Positions 48,240-57,514 of a stretch of DNA of 64,000 nt are shown here, in pieces. The position numbers and the translations under genes are program-made. Every line of letters begins with the position of its first letter. The first letter of the stretch is position 1. Under the pieces are notes generated by a model. The model was given only the letters and a program-made list of their open reading frames with translations. It did not search any database and was not told the DNA's origin. Origin of the DNA: an uncultured virus (IMG/VR IMGVR_UViG_3300024351_000022) (lineage: Duplodnaviria > Heunggongvirae > Uroviricota > Caudoviricetes); IMG/VR virus record IMGVR_UViG_3300024351_000022. The stretch is one strand, 5' to 3'.

Positions 48240-48316
48240 GCCCCTTGAAATACCAGCCGCCGCCCGGTTCGGCAAGGCGAGTGTTCTGCCGGGAAGGACA
48301 AACCCGCCGGTGTCTG

Positions 48317-48610
48317 TTGTTACCCGTTTTTGTTACCACGGATCAAAAGGCATTGAGGGAAAAGGCGTTGGCGTGTGTGGACAGAAGATTTGTAATCATC
48401 AGGTCGCCGGTTCGAGTCCGGCAACCGGCTCCAGGGGGAAGGTGGGGTGGTGGGTTGGATGTGGCTTGTTATCAGTGGTTTGTGTGGGTGGTGACTAAGG
48501 GTTTTGCCGGGTCTTCATTTTGTGGAATCTACGGGGCGACAACAAAAGCGGGTAAAATCGGGGTAAAATCGGGGAGATTGCTGGCGGTTTGTTACCCGGT
48601 TTTGTTACCC
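48317..48610. other. attP: attP with integrase arm-type repeats
   Basis: Paired TTGTTACC(C) direct repeats at 48317-48337 and 48589-48610 flank the tRNA-derived core; inverted GGGTAAAATC copies at 48550-48570. Confidence 0.75.
48387..48433 (+). other. att core: 3' half of tRNA-Thr(TGT), not a complete tRNA
   Basis: GATTTGTAATC anticodon loop, GCCGG-TTCGAGT-CCGGC T arm, ends CTCCA; no D arm or acceptor 5' strand. Confidence 0.85.
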
Positions 48611-48617
48611 GTGCGGC

Positions 48618-49766
48618 ATGCCGCGCCGTCCTGAGTTTGGTGTTCCGGGTTTGTTCCGCAAACGAGGGTGGTTCTATTTCCGCCCCACGGGGAAGGCGGC
48701 GGCGGATGAGAAGCGGCCAGAATCAAGAAGCCCGGCCGTCGCATTGAGGACTCAGGATCTGGCAACGGCGGTGATGTTGGCCGAGGATCTTCGCGGCACA
48801 GAGATGGTGCATCGGGCGGCCGTAAAGGGAACGATACGGGAGGCGGTGGAGGATTTCATGCGAACCAAAGCCCGCCTGGAGGTGACGACGCGAAGGCACA
48901 TGCGCGGCGTTCTTGATGGGTTCGCGGATATCGTGGGCAATGTGCAGGTGGAAAGGATATCGCAAGCGGTGATCCGCCGATGGGTGGAGCATCTGTTAGA
49001 AAATGGCGGGCGGCGTGGCGCGAGTCGGCGAGATGGGAAGGGAGGTAAGGGGCTGGCCAAAGGATCGGTGACAAGCTACTTGCTGGCGCTGCGGGTTTTC
49101 ATCCGATGGGCAATGAGGCAAGGGATGTTGAGAGAGGATCCGCTGGTGGAATTCCTCCGGGATATGAGGGTGACGGAAACGAGGGAGGAGAGGTTTCTGA
49201 GCACAGAGGAGAGGGATAGGCTGCTCGCGGTGCCGATGAGTCTGGATCTGCGGTGGATGATGGTCTTGGGTTTCTACCAAGGGTTCCGACAGGCTGAAAT
49301 GCTGGCGATGAAATCAAGCTGGGTGTGGGTGAGTGACGATGGGCAGAGAGGCACGGTGACGGTGCAGGCGACGAGGGTGGTCACCCAGGCGGGCAAGGAG
49401 CTGGCATGGCAACCCAAGAACAAAAAGAAGCGGACGATCCCGCTGCATGCGGAGACTTTGAGGATGATCCGTGAGCATGGGCTGAGGGAGCCGTTCGTGG
49501 TGGCACCGCACAAAGAGCGGTGGCCGGATGAGGGCAAAAAGTCTTACCGATACGATCCCAAGAAAAGCCTGCGGGCGGCGGCGCGTGCGGCCGGAGTGGG
49601 GCATGTCACCTACCACATGATGCGCAGGTCATTTGCGACTCACCTCGCCGCCAAGGGAGTCGGCATGAAGCAGATTGCCGAGTTCATCGGGGATTCTTTG
49701 CGGGTGACGGAGAAGCATTACATCTCCTACGCGCAGAATGAGGGGAATCCGCTTGATGGATTGTAG
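48618..49766 (+). CDS. int: Tyrosine integrase
   Basis: GFRQAE, PKNKKKR, YHMMRRSFATHL, TEKHY; adjacent to attP. Confidence 0.92.
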   Translation: MPRRPEFGVPGLFRKRGWFYFRPTGKAAADEKRPESRSPAVALRTQDLATAVMLAEDLRGTEMVHRAAVKGTIREAVEDFMRTKARLEVTTRRHMRGVLDGFADIVGNVQVERISQAVIRRWVEHLLENGGRRGASRRDGKGGKGLAKGSVTSYLLALRVFIRWAMRQGMLREDPLVEFLRDMRVTETREERFLSTEERDRLLAVPMSLDLRWMMVLGFYQGFRQAEMLAMKSSWVWVSDDGQRGTVTVQATRVVTQAGKELAWQPKNKKKRTIPLHAETLRMIREHGLREPFVVAPHKERWPDEGKKSYRYDPKKSLRAAARAAGVGHVTYHMMRRSFATHLAAKGVGMKQIAEFIGDSLRVTEKHYISYAQNEGNPLDGL

Positions 49767-49904
49767 AAGAATCCCCGCCATCCAGCTCGAAACGAGATCG
49801 AGATTCGCCGCGATGCAAGCGCGGATGGATGGCGGGGAAGTGGGATTAGAATTGGGTCTTGAGGATCGTGGTCGTCGTCCATGAATTGCGGGCGTCGCGA
49901 TCAT

Positions 49905-51071
49905 TCATGGCGAAGACGCGCCATTGATGAGCCAATCGTTCATGCCTTGAAGCTCCACAAAGTCCGGGTGATCAGAGGGCAGTGAGATAAGTGAGTGCCC
50001 GTGCAGGATTTCGTAGGCGGCGGCAATGGAGCCAACAAACAGGCCGATGTTTTCGCGGGCGCGTGAGGTGCTGATGCGGTCGATGACCTTGGGGTTCGAC
50101 TTGAAGGATCGCATGAACTCCAGGGCGATCCGGGAGAACTTCTTCCGCTCGCGAATAATGAGTCGGCCGATGCGGTGGTAATGATGCGATTCTTGCATCA
50201 TGCGTTGGAACCGCTTGTGTCTTTCAACGTCGAGCGCTCTCTCGTGTTCCTCGCCTTGGTTCTCTGGGTGGAATGCGGTGGCCTGCTGGTTGTGGCGTGG
50301 GGAGGCCACAATATGAATGTAACGAGACTTGAGGGCTGAATCAGAGATGTGGCATTCGCCAGTGATGATGGCGGGCGTCATGGGGGTCGTGGCCCGTGTC
50401 AGCATTTCGGCTCCGGGTATGCCCTTGTGTTGTGGGAGTTCGTTGTAGGCGGAGATGAAAAGATCGAGCATGCGGCTGTCGATCTTGTCATTTCGCCATT
50501 CGTCAATGTGGAGGGGGAGTCCGCAGAATCGCGTGAAGGCCCGTTCGATTCCGACCTTGGTGGAGCCGAGGGAGATGGGGTCGTAGGAATGGAATCCAAG
50601 CAGGCGCATGCCGAATCTTGTGGTCATGGTCTTGCCTGAGCCCTTCTCGCCTTGGATCGAGATGGAAGGTTTGCCGAAGGCTGGCGTGGCCTCGGGGTGG
50701 GTGAGGTATTGGAGGATGCCTGCCACCAGGGCGTAACCGGCGTAGCCGCCGAAGCTGGCCTTGAAATCACTGATGGCTGCTTTCCATATCGGCTGGGCAT
50801 CCCGCTTTTCCTGTTCCCAATCGATATCGTTGAACGCTGCGCGTGGGTCTTTGGCTCCGGGGAAGAGGGATGGTGCGCTGTGGGAGAAGTTAGCCATCGC
50901 GTCAGAATTGCGGAATCCGCGTCCTTGATGCCACAAGATCCCGTCCTTTTCCGGGAAGAGAAAGGTGCCGGGTTCCTCGCCCTTGCTGTCGGCGATGGCG
51001 CAATCAAGGAACAGGTAGAGGTCGTGATCCTTGTTCCAGCCGTAGGTATTGATTTCTGTGATTTTGTTCAT
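49905..51071 (-). CDS. Stand-alone copy of the helicase/ATPase domain of the primase-helicase
   Basis: Near-identical to about 2380-3515 in DNA and protein; Walker A/B intact; own start and stop. Confidence 0.85.
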   Translation of the reverse strand: MNKITEINTYGWNKDHDLYLFLDCAIADSKGEEPGTFLFPEKDGILWHQGRGFRNSDAMANFSHSAPSLFPGAKDPRAAFNDIDWEQEKRDAQPIWKAAISDFKASFGGYAGYALVAGILQYLTHPEATPAFGKPSISIQGEKGSGKTMTTRFGMRLLGFHSYDPISLGSTKVGIERAFTRFCGLPLHIDEWRNDKIDSRMLDLFISAYNELPQHKGIPGAEMLTRATTPMTPAIITGECHISDSALKSRYIHIVASPRHNQQATAFHPENQGEEHERALDVERHKRFQRMMQESHHYHRIGRLIIRERKKFSRIALEFMRSFKSNPKVIDRISTSRARENIGLFVGSIAAAYEILHGHSLISLPSDHPDFVELQGMNDWLINGASSP

Positions 51072-51192
51072 GACTGTTCGGGGTAGGAGGGGCCGGATGC
51101 CCGTGTCGCGATCACGGGCTTGCGATTGTGCTCCGGCGGCACCGAGCCACTATGGGCGATTGCTTGCTATGGAGTCAGCCTTGCTGAACCGA

Positions 51193-51411
51193 TTAAAGGT
51201 AGTCGAGGATCTGCTGGATGGTCTCCAGCTTTTCGGCGTCTTCGTCTGGAATCTCAATGGAGTATTCCTCTTCGATGGCCATGATGATTTCGACGCAGTC
51301 AAGGGAGTCGGCACCGAGATCGTTGATGAGGTTTGACTGCGGGGTGATGTCTCCGGGGGAGATGCCGAGGTGTTCGCAAATGATTTCGCGGAGGGTATCG
51401 AGATGGTTCAT
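51193..51411 (-). CDS. acpP: Acyl carrier protein
   Basis: [35 protein letters not shown]. Confidence 0.92.
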   Translation of the reverse strand: MNHLDTLREIICEHLGISPGDITPQSNLINDLGADSLDCVEIIMAIEEEYSIEIPDEDAEKLETIQQILDYL

Positions 51412-51680
51412 GATGTTGGTGGAGTGGTTCCTTGTTTGAGGTTGCGTTTGCTTTTTGGATTCAGGGAGAGGGATTCGATGAAGGTTCCTGCCGCTTCTGC
51501 GGCGGCGAGGGCGGCGTCCAGGGTGGCGACGCGCCATGTCTCCCGGCCGTTGGGCGTGCGGGAGAGGGGCCGCATGATCGCCTGATGGTGCTGCCGAAGG
51601 CCAAGGAAGATCCTTTCGCCGCCCACGTAAGGGATGGCTTCAGGTGTGCTGAGGACGGCCTTGGTGGCAAAGGCGGGCAT
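51408..51680 (-). CDS. Hypothetical protein
   Basis: ATGA-coupled to the ACP gene. Confidence 0.55.
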   Translation of the reverse strand: MPAFATKAVLSTPEAIPYVGGERIFLGLRQHHQAIMRPLSRTPNGRETWRVATLDAALAAAEAAGTFIESLSLNPKSKRNLKQGTTPPTS

Positions 51681-51706
51681 GGCGATGGTCTGATGGGTGG
51701 ATGAGG

Positions 51707-52006
51707 CTAAGCGCCCAAGGATTGAGCAATGCCCATGCCTCCGGGGGTGAGGCGGTGAATGAGCTTCCTGGCAGAGCCATCCCGCCCGGCGTGTGACTCA
51801 ATGAATCCACGTGAGCGGAGGATGCGAAGTCTTCGATTGACGGTGTCTTGCGAGAGCTTCCTCCCTTCTTGGGAGCTGGCGTTGACCAGGTCTTGAGCCG
51901 AACGTTCGCCATAGCGCAACAGCCCGAGAATGAGCCCGCATTCGACATCGAGTTTGTTTTTGGCCAGTGTGGATAGGGCGGACATGGATGTATCAGGTTG
52001 ATTCAC
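51707..52006 (-). CDS. Winged-HTH regulator (HxlR/ArsR-like)
   Basis: ILGLLRYGERS...LSQDTVNRRLRILRSRGFI...HRLTPGG. Confidence 0.7.
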   Translation of the reverse strand: MNQPDTSMSALSTLAKNKLDVECGLILGLLRYGERSAQDLVNASSQEGRKLSQDTVNRRLRILRSRGFIESHAGRDGSARKLIHRLTPGGMGIAQSLGA

Positions 52007-52163
52007 GAGGGGATGAAGATGGTTGCCGGGTTCGTGGTTGTTCGGAATCTACCCCGGCGCTTGACGACGTTCTGGTAACAGCTAAACCAGCCGAGAAGGG
52101 CGCTCTGAGAACGCGCCCTACGGACACTCACGACTTGTCCGCGAAGGTCGCAAAAGGTGGAGG

Positions 52164-52484
52164 TTACAGGACGGGCAGAGTGATGAGGACGAGGCAGGCG
52201 GTCTCCGTCTTCTTTTCCGTGGGAGGGATGGGCGCGATGGCGGCGACTCTCCATGCAGGGTTGGTGATCGAGGTGAGGGCGTCCTCCACCTTCGCGGGGG
52301 TGCCGCTGAGGATCTGGAGTTGATCGACCCTGTCATGGCCGGTTTCATCCAGGTGCATCGACACGACGGCCTTGGTTCCGGCGGCGGAGAGGGTGGTGGG
52401 TTTCCAGTTTGGGTTCGAGCGGATAAGCTCGTTGGCGGACTTGGCGACGGCGGCAGGGGTTCCGTGAAGGATCTTGATTTTCAT
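52164..52484 (-). CDS. Hypothetical protein with an internal duplication
   Basis: IKILHGTPAAV / LQILSGTPAKV repeats. Confidence 0.55.
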   Translation of the reverse strand: MKIKILHGTPAAVAKSANELIRSNPNWKPTTLSAAGTKAVVSMHLDETGHDRVDQLQILSGTPAKVEDALTSITNPAWRVAAIAPIPPTEKKTETACLVLITLPVL

Positions 52485-52563
52485 GGTATGTGTCTCGAAT
52501 TGAGGTGCAGGGAGATTGATGCGGAATAGCGTTTGTTCTGCAAGGATGAACTTAGGGGACGAG

Positions 52564-53007
52564 TTAGCTTTGATTGAGATCGGGATTTGCGAGGCGGAGG
52601 AGGACATCGGCGTGGCAGCGGTCGCCCAAGGGGCAGAAGCAAGCGAGGTTCTTTCCTCTGAGCGCCAAGAGTTCATCGGCGAGGGTGAGTCCGTCCGGGC
52701 CGGTGATGGTGTTGTTGGCGAGCAGCTCGCCGAGATACCATTGATACCAATCGACGGCATCGATGTTGTTCCGGATGTAGGTCCAGGGGCGGGTATCGAC
52801 CTTTGGCCGCGAGTCCGTGCCCAGCCAAGAGGTGGGGCCTCCCGGAGTGCGAAGGTAATACCAGCCGATGCGGAATGGGTTCCCCCAGCGGGACGGGCGG
52901 CAGACGCGGACGGTATTCGGGGGAGTCCTCCACCCCTTGATCCGGCGGAGCTGGATGCGCTCAGGTTTGGAACCACTGAGAATAGGAGCTTCTTCCGTGG
53001 TTTTCAT
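52564..53007 (-). CDS. DUF4326 family protein
   Basis: RPSRWGNPF...LRGKNLACFC...CHADVL. Confidence 0.85.
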   Translation of the reverse strand: MKTTEEAPILSGSKPERIQLRRIKGWRTPPNTVRVCRPSRWGNPFRIGWYYLRTPGGPTSWLGTDSRPKVDTRPWTYIRNNIDAVDWYQWYLGELLANNTITGPDGLTLADELLALRGKNLACFCPLGDRCHADVLLRLANPDLNQS

Positions 53008-53560
53008 GGGGTGGGGCTGCGGGGAATTCATATTCGGCGAGGATGGATTCGATGTTTTCATTGAAGCGGAGCGCGGCTTCCGCGTGGGCGATGTGCTGGA
53101 TGTGTTCGGATTCTTTTGCGCGAAGGGACCCGGAGACAGGGCAGTGGGTAGCGCCGTCAAGCCGCTTGATGCGTTGCATGGATTCCCGGATGCGTTCGAG
53201 GCGTGAGCGCAGCTTGGTAAGTGCAGAGCGATGTTCCTGGCTGTTGGCGAAGAGAGTCTTCCGTATGCTGGCGGGGATATCCGGAGCGCCCTTGATGACG
53301 AGAGAGGTGACGATATCGGCAAAGGTTTTGCGGGCATCTTCCATGGAGGAGGATGGGAAATCCGAGGAGCCGGTAGCATCGAAGTAAGCGCGGCGGTCGG
53401 GATCGATGAGGAGTTCGTAGGCGGCCTGGATGGCGATGAAGCGTTCCTGATTGCCGCCATTGGCATCGGGGTGGTGCTTCTTGGCCATTTGGCGGTGCGC
53501 CTTGCGGATTTCCTGCTCGGTGGCGGTGGCGGGGACGCCGAGGGTATGGTAGGGGTTCAT
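52961..53560 (-). CDS. J-domain (DnaJ-like) protein
   Basis: NPYHTLGV...KKHHPD...FIAIQAAYELLIDPDRRAYFD. Confidence 0.9.
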   Translation of the reverse strand: MNPYHTLGVPATATEQEIRKAHRQMAKKHHPDANGGNQERFIAIQAAYELLIDPDRRAYFDATGSSDFPSSSMEDARKTFADIVTSLVIKGAPDIPASIRKTLFANSQEHRSALTKLRSRLERIRESMQRIKRLDGATHCPVSGSLRAKESEHIQHIAHAEAALRFNENIESILAEYEFPAAPPHENHGRSSYSQWFQT

Positions 53561-55253
53561 GCGACGGATGCGGCTGGTGGGTAGATGAGGCGGGAGACGT
53601 TCGATTTCTGAGACAGGGCGGCGAGGGCCAAGGCGCGAGCGGTGCGGCGTGGGACGGCGTTGCCAATCTGTTTGACCTGCTCTGTCTGGGTGCCGGTGAA
53701 TTTGTGGTGGGGGTGGAAACCTTGGGCGGCGGCGAGTTCGTGGGGCTTGAGCATGCGGAAGAGGATGCCCATGAGGGCGATGCCGGCCGAGGTGTGAACG
53801 ATGAGGCAGTGGATGGTGCCGTGCTCAGGGTGATCGACACGGGAGAGCGGGTAAGTGTGCTCGCCGATCTGGATGATGGCATGCACGGTGATGGTGTCCG
53901 ACGTGGTGGTGATGGGTGTGGCGATGCCCAGGCATCCTTGGCGGTGACGGTGGGGGCGGGGTCGTGGATGGAGGCATCATTCGCAGTGCCGTAGAATTTC
54001 ACCATGAAGGGATCGATGAGGCTGATGGCACCGGCGGCGGCGACGGTGGGGGCTGGCCCGCCTGTTTGACGAGGCGTGCTGCCGGACTGCTGGCCGAGCA
54101 TGAAGGGGGTGACGATGGCGATGTCTCCGCCCTTCCCGCAGACGGTGGGTAGTGGGGAGTGGATGAGGCGGACGCGGCCGGAATCGTTTTGAGTCTCGCC
54201 GTGGGCGACGTGGATGAGGAATGGTTCGGCGAGGCCGTGGTGACAGCCTCCGGCGGTGACGGTGCCGAGGGGGTGGTCCGTGGGCTTCGCGGAGTGATCG
54301 AGCTGGCTGGGGGAAGTGCCGCGAAGTTCTACGATGAATGGCGTAGCAAGCGCCATGGCTCCGCCGCGTGCAGTGGTGATGGTGCGGAGAGGGGAGGAGA
54401 TGTCATCGAGCTTGCCCCCGTGTTCCATGGAGATGATGACGGGCGTGGCTCCCTGGCGGTGGATGCCGGTGAAGATCCGGCGCATGGTTTTGGGCTTGAG
54501 GGGTTTCTCCCGGTCAAAGATCGAGGTGCCGGGGATAGACCAATCGATGACGTGGTCCTTGGCGGAGCGCCATTTCATGAGGTTGCTGCCGGGGGAGGGG
54601 TGTTCCGCGTGCGTGGGCGCAGGCCAGACGATGCGGCGGCCGGTATCCATGCGGTGGGCTTGGATGAACAGGCGTTGGCGTGTGGTGGGATCACCGTAAT
54701 CTGCCGCGCAGAGGACGCGATATTCCACGATGTAGCCGATGGCTTCCATCATGCGGATCCACGATTGGAAAATCTCGCCCTTGCGTGCGGGATCTGGGCG
54801 CATAACCCACTGCATTTTCCCGGTCTTGGGGTGGCGTTTCCTGACGCGCTTGAGTGGTCCCCATGTGCGGAACTCGGGGACGTTCTCAATGAGGATGATT
54901 TCCGGGCGCAGGGCTTCCGCCCAGCGGGTGACGCAGAAGGCAGTGGATCTGGACTGGTCATTGATGGGCATGCCGCCCCTGGCGGTGGAGTGGTGGGTGC
55001 ATTCCGGGCTGGCCCAAAGGAGCTTGAGGGTATCGCGATCAAACAGTTCGCGTGGGTTCAGTGCATCCAGCGAGGCGCAACGATGGCGTGCGGTGGGATG
55101 ATTGATGCCGTGAGTGGCGATGGCGGTATCCCAATGGTTGATGGCGGTGAGGTGGAGATTGAGGCCGAGGATTTCGGCGGCATCGCAGAGGCCGGAGGAG
55201 GTTCCTCCCGCTCCGCAAAAGAGATCGGCGGCGTGGATGATCTTGTTCTTCAT
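53557..55253 (-). pseudogene. DNA cytosine-C5 methyltransferase split by a 1-nt frameshift near 53933
   Basis: DLFCGAGG, ASPECTHHS, ENVPEF in one frame; C-terminal FRMLKPHELAAAQGF...KQIGNAV in another frame. Confidence 0.75.
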
Positions 55254-55267
55254 GGGGCTGGATGGTT

Positions 55268-55540
55268 CTAACAGTTCTTTAGAGATTTGAGTCGTGCGTG
55301 CATTCGGTCGTATGCGCGGTCTAGCGAGCTTTCCAACTCGGCCATGTAATCCAATAATTCCTCACCCATCATTTTTCGGGTGGCGGTTCCCATGCACGCA
55401 TGAAAAATCGACCACTGCGCATCGCGGCATTTACCGATCATTTCACGCAATTCGTCTCGCGCCAAAGAAGGAGCGGATGGGCAATCTTCACCCGGTTTCT
55501 TCTTTGTCGGGCGTTTTGATTTCGGGGTAGATTTACTCAT
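55268..55540 (-). CDS. Hypothetical protein
   Basis: 90-aa ORF, lower GC. Confidence 0.5.
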   Translation of the reverse strand: MSKSTPKSKRPTKKKPGEDCPSAPSLARDELREMIGKCRDAQWSIFHACMGTATRKMMGEELLDYMAELESSLDRAYDRMHARLKSLKNC

Positions 55541-55580
55541 GATAGGTGTTGGGTGGTGTTAGTGGTGTGGATGCCATCGC

Positions 55581-55796
55581 TTAGACTTTGAATGCGCGGC
55601 GCAGGCTGGCGAAGTAGCCGGTCCTGCCGATGTGGATGGCGTAGGCGTGGCGGGTGGGGCGGAAGCCGTTGTTTCGTGCGATCTTCAAGGCGTGCGTCCT
55701 ATCGCGGGCAAAGACATTGCAGTAAAATGAGCCGGAGGATTTGGCCGTCTTGCGATTGTAGATGGCGTAGTAATCGTGTGCGGCATCGATGGTCAT
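55581..55796 (-). CDS. Hypothetical protein
   Basis: ATGA-coupled to the recombinase. Confidence 0.5.
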   Translation of the reverse strand: MTIDAAHDYYAIYNRKTAKSSGSFYCNVFARDRTHALKIARNNGFRPTRHAYAIHIGRTGYFASLRRAFKV

Positions 55797-56665
55797 GCGG
55801 CGGCGGAGGTGGGTGATGTGGCGAGGGTGGCAATGGCTTCCTCCAGGGTGGGGAGGGTGAGTGATTCGCATTCCTGCGGGGTGAGCAGGTTCTCGTAAGA
55901 GAGGACGGACTTCACGCTGGCGGCTTGCCATTGGCGGCCGTCCCTTGTGGGCACGCCCCAGGCATTGAGCTGACGGGCGAGGCGGCTCCATGCGCCGTAG
56001 GATGGATCTGCCTCGTAGGTCTCCTTGAGCCAGCGGAGGATGACTTGCTGGGCGAGGTTTGGCTTGAGGGCGATCTGAGGTTTGCCATTGCGGCCGATGG
56101 TCTGGGAGAAGCCGTTGGCGGCCCATCCGTAAGCGATGGCATTCGGGGTGATGGCGAGGCGACGGGCGCGGATGGATTCCATGGCGTCGTCCTGGCGCTG
56201 ATTGCGGATCTGGCCTTCATATTCCGCCATCATGACCATCTGCTGGATCATCATGCGGCCGATGGGGGTGGAGTAGTCGATATCCGGATCGATGAAGCGG
56301 AGGAAGACGCCGAGTTTCTCAAGCTCGACCATGGAGATTTGGAAGTCCCGGGTGGAGCGGAAGACGCGATCCACACGGAGGAGAAGGATGGTGCGGAGGC
56401 CGCGAGCCTTCATGTGCCGGAGCATTTCCTTGGTCTCCCGGCGGGCAAGGAAATCGGTGGCGGTGGCAGAGACGCCATCGCCCTCGAAAGTTTGATCGAT
56501 GATGAGGTTGCGGGCATGGCAGAACGATTCGTGGCGCATGCGCTGGGCTTCCAGGCTGTTTGCCTGTTCCTCGGTGGAGCGACGGAGGTAGGAGACGACT
56601 CGGTTGTCTCCGGTGGCGAGCTGGTGTGCCTTGGCTTTGGTGGAGAAGCGGTGGCGGCGTGACAT
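55793..56665 (-). CDS. Serine recombinase (resolvase catalytic domain plus recombinase domain)
   Basis: YLRRSTEEQANSLEAQ, DGVSA, RVDRVFRS, AYGW, LARQLNAWGVPTRDGRQWQAASVKSVL. Confidence 0.88.
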   Translation of the reverse strand: MSRRHRFSTKAKAHQLATGDNRVVSYLRRSTEEQANSLEAQRMRHESFCHARNLIIDQTFEGDGVSATATDFLARRETKEMLRHMKARGLRTILLLRVDRVFRSTRDFQISMVELEKLGVFLRFIDPDIDYSTPIGRMMIQQMVMMAEYEGQIRNQRQDDAMESIRARRLAITPNAIAYGWAANGFSQTIGRNGKPQIALKPNLAQQVILRWLKETYEADPSYGAWSRLARQLNAWGVPTRDGRQWQAASVKSVLSYENLLTPQECESLTLPTLEEAIATLATSPTSAAA

Positions 56666-56683
56666 GGTGGTAGGTGTTTGGGG

Positions 56684-57343
56684 TTATGGGAAATGGCAGC
56701 GTTTGGCCTTCTTTCCGCTGCCGCAGGGGCATGGTTGGTTGCGGCCGGGATTGGTGAATGTGGGAGGGGAGTTCAGCCCGAGGGGTTGGATGAGGTCGCG
56801 GGAAGCAAGCATGCCTTGGTAGTAGTCCGTGAATCGTGGCTCCTCCTTCGCGAGAAGTGATAGGAGGTATTCCACGGAAGGTCTCACCCACTCACGGTAG
56901 ATGGTGGAGTGTTCCGGGATGTTGGTGGTGTAGCCATCCCGGTGGCGCTTGGATCCGCAGATGGGGCAGGCGGTGACATCCGGGGTGACGCCGTAGTGGT
57001 TCATGCGCTCCGGCATGAGTCCGTGGGCGCGGCATCGGTAGATGACATAGCGGGCCGGGTCCGTGGTGGTGTAAGGGTCTGTGTGGCCGGTGATGGTCGG
57101 GAGATCATCCGAGAAGTGGAGGGGGATGAGCTTTTGGTAGCCTGCGAGTGGATCGGAGGGGAAGTCCGGATCGTTGGCGGCATCTTTAATGCGCTGGAGT
57201 ATGGACAAGTAAGACCGACGGCGGAGGTTCTTCATCTCTGCAATCGCCGACACTGTGCCGAGTGCTGCGGAGCTTCCTGGCATGCTTGTAAGGGCGGCGA
57301 GCATAAGGCTGGCGGCAGCGAGGTGACGTTTGTGATAATTCAT
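56684..57343 (-). CDS. SEC-C motif protein
   Basis: C-terminal PGRNQPCPCGSGKKAKRCH. Confidence 0.8.
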   Translation of the reverse strand: MNYHKRHLAAASLMLAALTSMPGSSAALGTVSAIAEMKNLRRRSYLSILQRIKDAANDPDFPSDPLAGYQKLIPLHFSDDLPTITGHTDPYTTTDPARYVIYRCRAHGLMPERMNHYGVTPDVTACPICGSKRHRDGYTTNIPEHSTIYREWVRPSVEYLLSLLAKEEPRFTDYYQGMLASRDLIQPLGLNSPPTFTNPGRNQPCPCGSGKKAKRCHFP

Positions 57344-57507
57344 GGGAGTGAAAGGATGGCCATCATGATGATGGCAAGGAGGAGGAAAGTGATAAGGATC
57401 AAGCCGAACGTTCGGCCCCGGCGAGCAGGTGGCAGGATGTAGGGCGCGGCATGGCGGTAGGCGCTGGCTACCTGTGAGAGGATGATGTCTTCCGGATCAG
57501 TCTTCAT
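57340..57507 (-). CDS. Small membrane protein
   Basis: MKTDPEDIILSQ...FGLILITFLLLAIIMMAIL. Confidence 0.55.
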   Translation of the reverse strand: MKTDPEDIILSQVASAYRHAAPYILPPARRGRTFGLILITFLLLAIIMMAILSLP

Positions 57508-57514
57508 GATTGGG

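Noticed and set aside
48360..48433. Complete tRNA-Thr gene
   Set aside because: Only the anticodon loop, T arm and 3' acceptor strand are present; upstream sequence cannot form the D arm or acceptor stem, so it is an att core
48618..49766. Integron integrase IntI
   Set aside because: No recognisable IntI insertion; it is 29 kb from the array and sits beside a tRNA attP
49905..51071. Diversity-generating retroelement TR/VR pair with 2380-3515
   Set aside because: No reverse transcriptase is seen, the repeat is over 1 kb, and differences are not adenine-specific
53157..53930. Pro/Arg-rich C-terminus of the 698-aa ORF
   Set aside because: Out-of-frame read-through after the frameshift; it overlaps the true MTase C-terminus and the J-domain gene
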